Assembly: GCF_006345805.1 (NCBI RefSeq)
Contig: NC_043002.1
Coordinates: 3,224,001 to 3,288,000, forward strand
DNA length: 64,000 nucleotides
Source of the DNA: Octopus sinensis
Lineage: Eukaryota
Direction: 5' to 3'
Numbering within the stretch: position 1 is the first letter of the stretch; every line of letters starts with the position of its first letter. This document shows, piece after piece, positions 22,921-35,236 of the stretch. The notes under the pieces were generated by a model. That model was not told where the DNA came from, ran no database searches, and saw nothing but the letters and a program-made list of their open reading frames with translations. The translations under genes and the position numbers were made by a program.

Positions 22921-22963
22921 CTGTGTATCGCGATTTCCGGGTTACTTCCCTTCATCAGCACAA
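22921..22963 (-). ncRNA. minimal type I hammerhead ribozyme motif (Penelope-type)
   Basis: minus strand TTGTG-CTGATGA-A GGG AAGTAA CCC G-GAAA-TCGCGA-TA-CACAG; stem I 4-5 bp, palindromic stem III, AUA cleavage triplet, A-G mismatch closing stem II. Confidence 0.65.
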
Positions 22964-24851
22964 GAATAATTGTTCGGTATGAGGTGCCGCTGCCAAATTC
23001 CCAGTCGAAATGTATAGCTTTCACAGTGACAATTAGTCACTGATCTATAAATTAGAAAATTACGATTTATAGATCTAACGAAAGATATTCAGCAACAGTA
23101 CTTTGGAGTAAAGATTGTTTGCCAACATAAACAGAACAGACCTGGCTTACGACAAATGTTGCTGTCATTTAGCCCCAAGAAAGATTTTCTAAAATAGCTT
23201 TGTTACAGAAAAGGTATGATTCTGTGCATAGTAATAGAATGGTGGCAATCTACTGGAATAAAGTAGGAATCTATAAATATACAACATTATGAGAGGAGGT
23301 CCCTACTTCTTTCAGATCTACCATTCAAGACAATTACAATACAGAACTTTTATTTGGGGCTGTGAGGTTTTATTCAACTGCAAATCACTCGCTAGGATGG
23401 TGTGTCACCCAATCATCATAGCAGGGACAAATGAAAGTTTAGCACTCCTTTCATCTTACTAAAAAAATGTATCATAAACGGGAACAGTCATTGAATTTTA
23501 TCAGATGTGGAACATTTTACACTGGAGAAGGAAGCAGGATGAGATGTGACCTCTCCACATAACAAAGCAGAAGCAGTTTTTCATTAAGCTCAGAGCCTGT
23601 CCTTCAACAATTATTGTCCGGCAGATTCATGCTTATCCAACTCCCTATCCTACGACACCCAGTCTCTTATCCACAACAGTTACATTAAATGCATGCGTGG
23701 CTTTCCATTATAGATCCAAGTAATCTCCCCTGCCGTACTATTCTAAATCAGTCTCGCTCCGAGACCATCTTTTGCCAAACACAATCCGAGTCTGCAGGCT
23801 TTACACATTGAAGCGTATGTTTGGGCTATCCACAGACAAGCGTTTAATCAATCAGGAGACAACCCCTTAGCAAACGAGTGAAAAGCTTAAAGCCATAACA
23901 CTGCTGAGCAAATACACAGATGACTATAAAGGAAGCCTTAATTAATGGCTTTTCTTCTTCACAGATAAAACAAAGCTTAATTGACATTAAAAAAGAAAAG
24001 CTAGATCTGCAAATCTCTGAACAAACATTTGCTCTGGAAACGTCAGCATCTTTTACACAGCCTGTCTCAGTTGAATGAGGCTAGGGTTGATCTTTCAACA
24101 GTGACAGCAGTTTTATCCGCATGTTGTTCTTCTGCAGATTAAATGCCCCACAAAGAAGCAAGGAGAGATCTAATGCTCATCTCCTCAACCTACATCTTCA
24201 GTGGCATCCAAAAGAAGCTGCATTTCCTGCTGGCTCACCTCACTGCTTGTCATGTGCTGTTAATAATTATTAGAATAAATGGAAGAATTTGTGGCACAAG
24301 CAGGAGGCAGCTACTTCCATCGAGTCTAAGTCAAGTCAGTATTGAATTTTCAAATGATTATTGCGAGTGAATCACATTCTCCATTGTCCATGATCTTTGT
24401 TGTGATGTCATCCCTGAGACAAAACTTCCTCAGGCACCACTTGGACAGCGGAAACCGTCTGTGATCGCATAACTGACGGCAAACTCAGAGCTGAAATATC
24501 TAAACAACATTCTCTGAATGACCAGAAATTCTAAGACGAGAGATTTGCTAAAAGAGGGTTTAGGTGTTCGTTACACCTGCCGATAACCGTAACAAACATC
24601 TGGTTGTGGACTATTCGCAGACAATAAACCGCTGTGTTGTTAGATGCCTTCTCTCCATCACAGATTGAGGAAGAAACAATCTTACATTGGATCCACAAAG
24701 TAGAGACAAGACAAAGCTTACACTGCATTCGACGATGGTCATTGCTTCTTCTATTTTAGATAGATTCCATTTGGAAATCACTAATGAGGTCATTAGCTTT
24801 CTACATATAATTAGTAATTGCAAAAAACGGACTGAATGCCACCATTGCCTA

Positions 24852-25642
24852 TCCATGGTCTGATCAACAATTATCCGGACTGTTGCCATAGTAATGAAGC
24901 CAAAGCCACTTGACACAGATTGACCTTGAACTCTGCAGTGCACAAGCACCAAGTCTTAACATTCTAGTTCACTTCTGCTGTTTACAGCAGTGCTTGGAAG
25001 GAAGATGTGTAGTGTATGTTTGTTGCATTAACTCTAATAGAGAAAGTTGAGCAGATAATCTGCATCAAATTTTGCCAAAAGCTTGGCGATACCTGTCCAG
25101 AGATCTGTGCAGTTTCCATCATTCTCCACACAATCAAGGAGATCTTGTGTCTTTTCAGTCAGCTGAAAGCAGTTTGGCACAAAGTTGGCAGACATGCGTC
25201 TCACACCCAAATCTTCACTGATAATGGACTGAAATGTAATTAATCTGCACATCGTCTGATAATGCACAGATGGTGATTCGAGGATTTCCCATCACAGCGG
25301 CATGCACATCAGTCATGTTCTGCTGGTTGCAGGTTCCGCAGAACGTTCCTCAATATTGACATTGTTTCAGCCATTTTGGAAACGTCGGAACCACTCAATC
25401 TTTCTGCAACTTGGCGAAGGCTTCTGAGCAGGTATCACCACGAGAACTTTGGTCATGGTCAATGTGACAATCACATGCTACACACCTTCCTTGCAAGCAC
25501 TGCTGTAAACAGCAGATGTGAGGTAGAGCATTAAAATTTGGTGCACATGCACAGCAGAGTTTAAGGTCAATCATTGCCAAGCAGCATCACTGTGTGGCTT
25601 TGTTACTATGGCAACAGTCCAGATACTAAATCAGACCTCGTA
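24852..25642. mobile_element. mariner derivative made of two inverted 5' ends
   Basis: both ends read GGTCTGAT...TATC(C/T)GGACTGTTGCCATAGTAA; left arm ICIKFCQKLGDTC, right arm inverted transposase N-terminus; TA at 25641. Confidence 0.75.
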
Positions 25643-25799
25643 TTAACATAACTTTGTGGATTATCACCAGAACGCCCACGATCACAACAGCAAGATTCTA
25701 AAATAAAATAACCTTATTTTAAACAAGGAAAAGGTGGACATTCTTTTATCAACAAGACCAACACCACCAATACATTTAATCGATCAGATCCAAAACATA

Positions 25800-26950
25800 T
25801 TTCACTGTTCTTTCGTCTTCTTCACACCAAAGAGATCTCTAAAGGATTCAGTTCCCTTTCCGTCTTCAGCCCTGAAAGCCTTTGAGAGTCTAAAGCGGGA
25901 CACTGCCAACTTTGCCATGAAAGCTATTGGTCCTGCTGAGACCAAAGCTTTGGGTCAGGTCATTGCTGCCAGTCAGAACACCCAATGACTTCCTGTTCAA
26001 GAAAGGGAAATCTACATTACTGTCGAGACTCTTTGCCTGCCAATTCGAGTTGCCAACAGATAAGGAACCAGTTGCCATCGTGTTTGATAAAGTAAACGGA
26101 ATGGTAACAAAAAGGGGAAAATTGTTAGCATCTAAGGCTCTCAAGATTCTAATAAGTCACTTTCTAATGCCAGGGAAGAGCAATGTTGGTGGTGGTGGTA
26201 GTCAGTTATGGAATGGTGTTGAAACGTCACACAATAAATACTTTGTTTTTTGTGTGAGCAAACAATTTCCCATATTCATCCTTTCACATGTTCTCTATAC
26301 TGGCAATGGTTGGACAGTTTCAGAGGAGCTCATAAGGTTTCTGCAGCTGACCCTGCTGACCTTGATGCCAAAGAGGAAATCTGGGGAGAAGCAAAAGCAT
26401 GATCCTTACAGGCTCCACATCTCAGACAGCCAAGGTTTTAGAATTCGAAATTCCATTTTTGTGATAAAAGCCCCTCAGTCCTTGAGTACCTTGAATCTAA
26501 AACAAGAGATTTGCTGACCATTGTGGAGGAATTCTCAAATTTCAGTTTTGCTTTCCCACAACCAAAATTCTTCTCAATTTTTGCAAAGACACCATATATT
26601 CATTCTGATCTTGTGAAAGGATCATAAAAAATTCTTGCCTCAGCAAAGCAAAGATATTGGCAATTCAGAAGGGAATCGGCAAACAGAACAATATACTAGA
26701 AACATTTCAAGACCAATATCAGTGGCCCTGAAATTGCCAACACTTTGAGACCAGAAGAATGGAGAGACGACTACTCCCCGATGCATTCCACAATCAATGC
26801 AAATCTTCAAGTGGGGGGGGGGGGGGATATTCCATCTGACCCTGGTCCTCTTCTTTAGCTAACAAGATGTCAATGAAATAAATACGACCTTTTAGTAAAG
26901 GAACTCAATGTGAATTCTTCCTTCACAGATGTCAGGGTCTCCAATTGTTA
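25800..26950 (+). mobile_element. decayed Ty3/gypsy pol (RNase H - integrase)
   Basis: AFESLK, FELPTDKEPVAIVFDK, IKAPQSL, LLTIVEEFSNFSFAF, YIHSD, PEGNRQTEQY. Confidence 0.75.
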
Positions 26951-27939
26951 AACACATCCTGCTCCTCCTCCTTCAGTCCAATCTGGTCCCTAAACCTGCT
27001 TCCCACCAAACAAACCAACCTCAGAACACACCTCCTCCTCCTCCACTCGATATTTCTACAGCCAAGAAGACTGATTGCTTCTTCTGAATCAAAGACTAAC
27101 AAGTAAAAACAGTGACCCTTTCTTCACACTAAACCCACTCCTGTGGGTTACGTTCTACCGTATAAGTGTAGGGGGTATATGTCTTGAATGTTTAATTTAG
27201 GTGGCTTACAATGACTGACAATGGAATACCAAGTAATTCAAAAAGCGGGAGAAACAAACTCGGACTTGCCATCATGGAAGTAGTCTCCCCTGGTTGTTGC
27301 ACTCTTTATAAATCGGTCGGACTTTGCGTCTTCCAGCTTGTAACAAAACCAATGAACTGTAGCAGACACAGGTTCCTCAGATAAATTCATTTCTTTCCCT
27401 AATTTGTTTCAATTAGCAAGAAAAGTGTTTTATGGGCATTTTTTTATAGCTCAATTCTCTACATTTCTGACATTTGAATAAATGTTATGCCTTTTCCGAT
27501 GTCAGACAATGGAGTAGGAAGAAGCAGCCCTTCCGACGCCGGCAGCCTGTCTCTGCTTTCAATCTAGCTGCCAAAGCTGTATGGAAGAAAGCGTTCGAAC
27601 TGAGAGAACTTTGTTTCAAGGGGGAGGGAAATTCATCCTCACAGACTCCCCATGTTCCAGCCAATGACGAGTGATCAGACTGAACAAGATCGTCCATGAG
27701 GAGCCATACCAATCCCCCACCAAGCACAAGGCTCTCATGAAACTGCTGCCCGTCACCTTCAGTCGAAGGGTAAGACCCAAAAATAATGCATGAGTGACAC
27801 AGGTTCTCAACGAAAGAGACAAAGCCCAGCACGGGCCCTATTGCTGTGAGCTGCTGCATCTATGCAACCCAATGATCTGGATCTGGTAGGATTAGGAAGG
27901 GCTAATCCACTACGAAAACCAACCAATGCATTGGCTTAA

Positions 27940-28984
27940 CCCTTTCGTTACTATATTTCTGACCAAAATACACCCCTTATGTGTTTCAATTAATTTCTAA
28001 CACAATCCTAAATTTAGTCTGGTTTCATTAAACAACTATTACTTTTTTATTTATCAATATATTAACGTGAATTTTTGAAGATACTTTAATGAAATGTCCT
28101 CAACCAATTCTATACTATAATTTTTGTCACAAAGTGACTCTAATTGCAGGTAGATACAGGTAAATTCCACAAAATATAAAATTATTAAAATTTTGTTCAA
28201 ACATCGCTATAGAAAATGGGTTATTAGCTAATATTCAGTTGGGTATACAACAAAATTTTACGATAGAATTTGTTATTCTGGGTAACTTTCTGATACCCAT
28301 AATAATATTTATGGCAAAATAGTCTTAATTTTATTTAAGGTTGAGGGAAACCACAAACTATCGTTTCTTTCGCTTTGTTTACGTTTAGCGTAACCGTTTG
28401 TTTCTGCCGTAATGATTTCAAATAGGCTCATTCGAAAAAGTAAAAAGAAATAGTCTAAGGCTTTACTCTTGTGGGAAAGTCTGTGGCTTGGTTCAGAAAA
28501 ATCACCGAAAGAAACAGTTTTTCAATTTTCACTCCATTCAGGTGCCAATTCATTTTCTTTATCGCTGTCGGAGCTCTCGGATTCACTGTTTTCACTTTCG
28601 GAAAATGAAACATCAGATTCATTATCAAATACCACATGCTTTTTTTTTTTTCAGTCATAGAGTTAGATTTATGAAGGTCTTCAGTAGAAAATCCTTCGAA
28701 TTCTGACTCGCTGCTTGATATAATGAAATTCGTATCCATTTTTTGTCAGAATTACAAATTTTGAAAACACAATAGGAACAAATTTCGGAAAAAAAATTAC
28801 ACTTCGATTTTTGTACAAAACTGTAGTTGAATGGTTTACGAAGTATAATACGTGTTTTCACGAATGTACTAAAGAGATTTACTCTGATATTCTCATTTAA
28901 ATATGAATAGGTAAATTCGGGTGGTTTGGGGCGGCTTGGTCACATTAACCAAAATTTTTCTCGGGCGGTTTGGTAACGAAAGGG
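27940..28984 (-). mobile_element. internally deleted piggyBac element (1045 bp) with transposase N-terminal remnant
   Basis: perfect 12-bp TIR CCCTTTCGTTAC, TTAA at both ends; acidic N-terminus then ALDYFFLLF..LFEIITAETNGYA..W..IIMGIRKLPRI. Confidence 0.92.
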
Positions 28985-29559
28985 TTAATGATGTAATCCA
29001 GCTGAAGCAACCTGACTGGCAACACAAAAACGCCCCACCTCACCCACGATTGCTAATCTGACCAAGAAACTATAAAAGCTCAGTTGAGAGATTCTACTGC
29101 ACCTACACTACTCCCTAAGCATAGCACCTTGAGACTATCCCCATTTTCAGTCACTCTGAGGAGGTATTTATTTCAATAATGTGGGGCTGAAAAAAGTGGC
29201 TTGATGAATTCTTCAAGACAAACCATTGAATAAAGAAGTCACAAACAACAAAGGAGAACATCTCATTGACTGATTTGTTAAACTTGATGGAAACTGATTA
29301 AAATAATGAGGGGGAGGGAAAACCCCAAAGAACAAAGTTATTCTAAACTACGAAGCATAATATAAAGACATGGCTCTCTAGACCCAAACACAAGGAATAT
29401 GAAAGCAGACGCTCTTTAGAAACATCTGCAACACCATTGTCATCGCAGAATCTAGGATTGAAGAGCCTGACAATTAACTTAGCAAGCAGGAAAACAGACA
29501 GACGCCTCCTCTCGGCTATATAACTCAGCTCCATATGCAGGGCAGGTGGAGGCAGGAAT

Positions 29560-30060
29560 TCCGTATGGTGCGCACCTCATGCACAAGAAAGTGCAGTGGA
29601 ATCACTGGAAGGTTAAGGAAGGAAGTATAATTGACAGAAGTTGATAGAGCTATTGCCTCTGTTGGTTACAAAAGGTCTCTCTCTCCCCCTCAGAATGAAA
29701 GGCAGATAGTACAATGCTGGTGTATAAACAAGGAGACACAGTAGTGAGGGACAGGCCTGGATGGAGAGGCCAAGCAACGGGTAGAAGATGAAGAATGAAG
29801 CTAGTATGTTGCTTTGAATGTGCAGTATCAGTATTAAAATGTACTGAGAGAAAACTTTGGCCAAAGAGGCCTGGTTTGGCCATGTGAAGAGGATGGACAA
29901 CAGTACAAGTGCCAGCAGATGGAACTTGTGAAAGTGGGAGACCTAGGAGGATGTGGGACGAAGCAGTGAAGGCTGAAGATGCTGAGGAGGAGCCTGATGG
30001 AGATGACAAAAGACCGAGATGATTGCCGATCTGTTTTGCTTAGAGAATAGCAAAACAGCA
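29560..30060 (+). mobile_element. decayed RTE LINE fragment
   Basis: WFGHVKRMD and GRPRRMWDEAVK-like frames. Confidence 0.6.
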
Positions 30061-30589
30061 CTGTTTAGGGCTTGTAACAAATTCTGCCCCATCAAACATT
30101 CCCCTCACATCCAATCCCTTCTTGTAAGCAGAACTGACAGCCCTCCTCGCATCCATTCCTTTGAGAACCTCCCTTCATCAGTACACCTCTCATATCTGCC
30201 ATCATTCCCAACACCCTAACATCTTCGCTCACTGTAACATCTCCCTCTCATCCTCACGCCACCTTGCACACCCTCCTCCCCTCTCTCGTTACTCACCTCT
30301 ACCTGCATCTCTAACCATGTTACTTCCTCCTCACACCTCATCGTGTGGCATTCACCTCGGACCCCCCCCCCCCACATTACCGGATTTCCCTTCCCAGTTA
30401 CTACTTCTCACCCATATAATGTTGGGTAGCCATGGATTTTCAACAACACACCTGAGATGTTCCAAACATGGAATGGACAGATTCAATAAAGATTTCTCCT
30501 AACCCATTTCCCAAGAACTGGCAGAATTCTTAGTCCTTCTCTACACAGCCAATACCAATGGTAGCACACTTCTCCCATCACTTTATGCA

Positions 30590-31622
30590 GCTGTGAAGAC
30601 CTTATCCATAGAAGTCGGTAGGGTGTGTCCTTCAGAAAAAGACTTCACAGCTGGAAGGAGGTGGAACTCTCAGATGATGCAAGATCAGGAGAGTAAGGCT
30701 CTCACAGCCACAGGAATGCGTTTTCATCAGGGTAACATGCACATTGTAAATAATTGGAGCACTGTCTTGGAAGAGGCAGGCTCCTTTAGTCAGCATGCCA
30801 GGCCTCTCTGCTTTGATAGTATCCTGCAATTTTTGCAATGGAGAAGCATACTATGCCGTATCAATTATGGTGCCCTTTGCCAGAAAATCCATCACTACAC
30901 CACGCTGGTCCCAAACGATTGTGAGCATCACTTTGCCTGCTGAGGGTCGGACACGAGACTTCTTTGGCTGTGGTGAGTTATACTTCCATTGCTTGGACTG
31001 GACTTCAGTGTCAGGATCATAGTGATGGACCTAGGTTTCATCTTGTGTAATAACCTTTCCACCAAAACTCTTGTTTTCTTGGTACATTGTCAAAAGAGCC
31101 TGGGAGCAGCTGACTTGTTCCTGCTCCTGAAAAGGTGTGAGCATCCGGGGAATCTATTGAGCATGTGCAAATGATTTCTTCCAGGCCCAACACTTCTTGG
31201 GCTGGTTGCCAAATAGTTATGCAGTGATCCTCCAAAATGGTGTCATCATCAATGGCAGAATGTGGCCGTCCAGGAATAGGATCAGTTTCCACCAATGTCC
31301 AACCAAATTCGATCTGGGGGAGCTGATGCTTGACTACGTCCTATGAGGGCATATCGTCACCAGAAGCTTTCATCTCATCGGAAGTTTCTTTTGCTGTACG
31401 ACCTTTCAAGTATAAGAACCTGATCACTGATCTGCACTCAACTGCCTCCATTACAACACCTTTGTCCACTTCATTGGCCGTAAAAGACAAACAAATACTA
31501 GAGGAAAGCTGCAATTTACAAAGTGACAGGCAGAAACATGTATGATTATAGCCATACAAATTCTGTCTCCTGCAATAACTGGAAGGGGATCAGAAGGGAA
31601 TTTTAATGATCACCCCCTCGTA
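30590..31622 (-). mobile_element. decayed mariner transposon
   Basis: MEAVECRSVIRFLYLKG, IPGRP, IKAERPGMLTKGACLFQDSA; TIR TACGAGGGGGTGATC at 31622. Confidence 0.85.
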
Positions 31623-32505
31623 TTTAAAGACGATGGTATATAATGGCATGGTTGTATAATAACCAGTGGCAGAGAGAGACATAGGTATCCTAATCATCAT
31701 CAATTGTCCGTTTTCTATGCTGGCACGGGATGGTTTGACAGAACCCAGTGTGCCACAGAGTGGCCCCAAGTTCCACTATCAGCTTCAACATAGTTGTCAT
31801 GGCTGGATGCCCTTGTCTTGCCACTGTGGCACCAGAGAGGTTGCCGAGTAAATTAAGCAAGACAGAAAGAAAGAAAGAAAAACGAAACAGTATAGTAAGC
31901 AGGGTGGAGGTGAGGCAGCACCTGCTTTTGAGTAGGGAGGGGAGTATTTAAATAATGGGAGGTAGCCTTATGCCAGATGTTGAAAGGGCTAAAGCAATGA
32001 GAAGGGGACAAGTACAAGTGTCTTGCTATGGGGGGTTGAGTGTTAGGAGGATGTGAGGAAAGCATGGCAGGGAATAAACAGAATGGTGGGTTTGCTGTGG
32101 GTCCCTTGCTGCAGTATTACAAAGCTTGGAATATAATTTAGCAGAAAGGCTCGGTTGCTTCCCTTGAAGTTTGGGGAGGAATACTTTGGCTAAAATGTAT
32201 CTGAGAAAATGGGAGTCAGTGAAAGAAAAAAAAGAAATCAGTCAAAATATATCTAAATATGGGACTTGATGCATATTAAAATTGCCATTTAAAGCAAAAT
32301 CTCTGAATAATTAAGGATTCGCAAACTGTCACATCCAATCTATATTCGAAATAATGAAATCAACTTGCTGCTATAAATAGCAGAGAATGAATTCTATAGA
32401 ATGGGATCATTAAAATTTGAAAGATATCCCTTATAATTTGCATAAAGCAGGGAGGGAGAAAAGAGCTTGGAATTTCAACAATGTCTCATAATTTGCAGTT
32501 CCTAC

Positions 32506-32546
32506 CTTAGCTTCAAATTCAGGCATTGTTAAATTTATTATTATTA
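32506..32546 (-). other. candidate 41-nt exon
   Basis: tttgtatttttgctctcag| acceptor, AAG|gtagga donor. Confidence 0.35.
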
Positions 32547-33242
32547 CTGAGAGCAAAAATACAAACAGTAAACCAAGAACATTACGTGGGAGAGGAAGAG
32601 AGGGCCAACTCGTCTGATGTGTGTTGAGAGGGCCGGGTGCAATAGGTTGAGTATTGGTGGTTTGCTTGGACTGAAGACAAGGAGTTTAGCTCTGGACTGG
32701 ATGCACTTTGAGGTTTTTTGTTCTGCCACACCCGTGCCTTGGACCTTGTCTTGCTGGGTGATTTTCAAATATTTTCTCAGGCAGTTCGCCTGGAAGCAGC
32801 TTAGCTCTTTTGACAATGTTTGTAAACCCCCCCAAGTCTTACAGGTATGCAGTAAGTGTCGGCAGTACCAAGCTGTTGCTTGTTACCCCTTCAACATGGT
32901 GGCCAGCCTAATGCCCCTCCCCCACACTGATTCCATTGAATCAGTGAGTTCTGGGTAGAAAAAAGCAGATCTGAGAGAACCTGGAGCTTTACAATAACAA
33001 ACAGCTAAAAACTAGTTAGCTGCACAAAACACCTTCAGGAAAAGTGTAAAAGGCCAATAACAGTAATATCCAGTAGACTTAATATAGATTCCTTTGAACT
33101 GTTACCAATTTTAGAAGACTGATCCTTTCACTATCCCATTTCTCTTGAAATTTGCTGTTTCAACTGATTTTTTAAAATAAAGAATTTGGTAAAATAGCTT
33201 TGGCGTTATTAAGCTGGGGTTTGGACTATAAATTAACAGGGA

Positions 33243-33900
33243 ATCATCATCATTCATTTAATGTCCCCTTTCCATGCTGGCACGGGTTGGATGGTTCGAC
33301 TGGAACAAGCAAGCCAGGGAGCTGCACCAGGTTCCAGTCTGATTTTGGCTTGGATGCCCTTTCCTAATGTCAATCACTCGGAGAGTGTAGTGGGCTCTTT
33401 TTGTGTCACTGGCACCAGCCACATCTACAATGTGACCTAGCCTGCTCAAGTACAGTAAATTGCCGAAGGTCACCATCACCTGCCATTGCATTCTGGAGAC
33501 AGTAGCATTCAAAGAACATGCTTCACTACCTCGTCCCATATCTTCCTGGCTCTACCCCTTCTGCAGGTTCCCTCCACTGAGATCAGCACTTCATTACACA
33601 GCTGTCCGCCTCCATACCAATGCAGTAATCACCTCTCTTGCACACCACATTGCCTCTCATGTCCTAGTTTTCTCAACATGAACATCCAATGAATCATTCT
33701 AGATTCATTTCTTTCAAGCCTTCACCTCTCCTCTACCACCACAGCCTACAATCTGCCCTTCACTGAGAGGCCTTTGTTGCCAACAAAAGTAGCAGCCAAG
33801 CTCTCAGAGCATCCACCTTATCTGCTGACTCGGTCACCTAGATTACAAAAGCTGTCAACTACTTCTAGGCATCCTCCCTGGAGTCTATTTTCTGAGTCTA
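33243..33900 (-). mobile_element. RTE LINE 3' fragment with (GAT)n tail
   Basis: reverse complement of the RTE ORF2 end and 3'UTR. Confidence 0.75.
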
Positions 33901-34309
33901 GTGTTTATTGTACCTGTGCATCTGCCAGGCTAGTTTCCTGTTAACCTTCTGATATTGCTGCACCTCCTGTGTCCAGAGCTTGCACTGGGTACATCCGGAA
34001 TTTCTACCTACACCTTTACTGTCATCTATCTGAAGGCATTTGTGATTTATCTGCTTTCCTACTAAGACTACTTACAATAGAAAATTTCAACTTATATCAG
34101 TATCCTAAAAGTAGTGTCAGGTGAGTTGGTATGAAAAGGGGTCTAAATGGTATCAGTGGTGACCCCACCAAATCATAGCTTGACTTCCTAAACACAATAA
34201 CAAGACTGATTTTCCCAACTCGCATTTAGCAGCTTGACTGGCTTTAAATTTTGAAATGAAATGGGGAAATTAATAATAATCAGGTAAATGATGATTAAAT
34301 GTTACTCAC

Positions 34310-34363
34310 CATAGATGCAGCACAAATTTATTTTCAACACTTCTGCAAGCCAGATGGACCAAA
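34310..34363 (-). other. candidate 54-nt non-coding exon downstream of paralog 2
   Basis: long U-tract ending ttag| acceptor, ATG|gtgagt consensus donor. Confidence 0.5.
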
Positions 34364-35048
34364 CTAAAAAAAAATTAAAAATACACTTTTTAAACACTTT
34401 GCTATAAAAATGTGAAAGGTATTCATAAAAATCAGGTTTTTCTCACAATCTTTACATGTTCTATTTCTCTACACTAACACAATATTCCAAACAGAATTAA
34501 AATTTACTGATCTTGTTAAAAAATTTGGTTTATTACCAAACTGCTCTTCTTATCAGCCACTGAACTTCTCTGCTGCTAACAATTTTCAATTCTAAAAATT
34601 AGCTACATTTTGTGGGGTCAAAGCACGAAAGATTTACATTAAAAGTGCCCCACAGAGAATCAACCATATCACTTGAAGAAAAAAAAAAAAAAAGAAAAAG
34701 GTCTACGTCTTGACTGTTTAGTGAGATTTTCTTTTCATAGAATTTTTACCAGGTAAACATAAAAAAAGTTCTTAGCTATTATATAAAGTATTATAAAATA
34801 CATTACTTCAGTGCCTCTACAGAAATTAAGCCGAAAGTGCATGTAGTAGATTTTTGACCAATCAACTATCAACAGCTGAATAAAGGAACCTCATGGAAAA
34901 GTTTACCTGACAAGACATTTTCTTAGCAGACTCTATAGAAAATTCCATTTTCTCTTTTTAAACTATTAAACGAATACAAACAACCAATAATTAGGAAACA
35001 ATTAACAGTCTAATCTAAAAGTTGGAATTTACTAAAATCCTATCTTAC

Positions 35049-35236
35049 CTGCACTTAAAGGTGTCTTTTTCCTTGGCTGCGACTTGACACTTTAAGCTAT
35101 CTTGTGAGTTGAAGGGTTAGACATGGCAAAATCCTGTTCAAGCAAAAACTAACTAGACTGGCGTCATTGGGGGATGATCATTTCAAGAGTTTTTTGGGGG
35201 TCCATGATCATCAATCAACCATTTTATTTTTTCTGA
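35049..35236 (-). other. candidate non-coding exon downstream of paralog 2
   Basis: ttgctttttcacag| acceptor, CAG|gtaaga donor, stops in all three frames. Confidence 0.45.

Noticed and set aside
25927-26517. 196-aa plus-strand ORF
   Set aside because: Frameshifted mosaic of gypsy RNase H and integrase remnants
27440-27900. GC-richer block with short overlapping ORFs
   Set aside because: No recognisable domain or splice structure; probably a TE fragment
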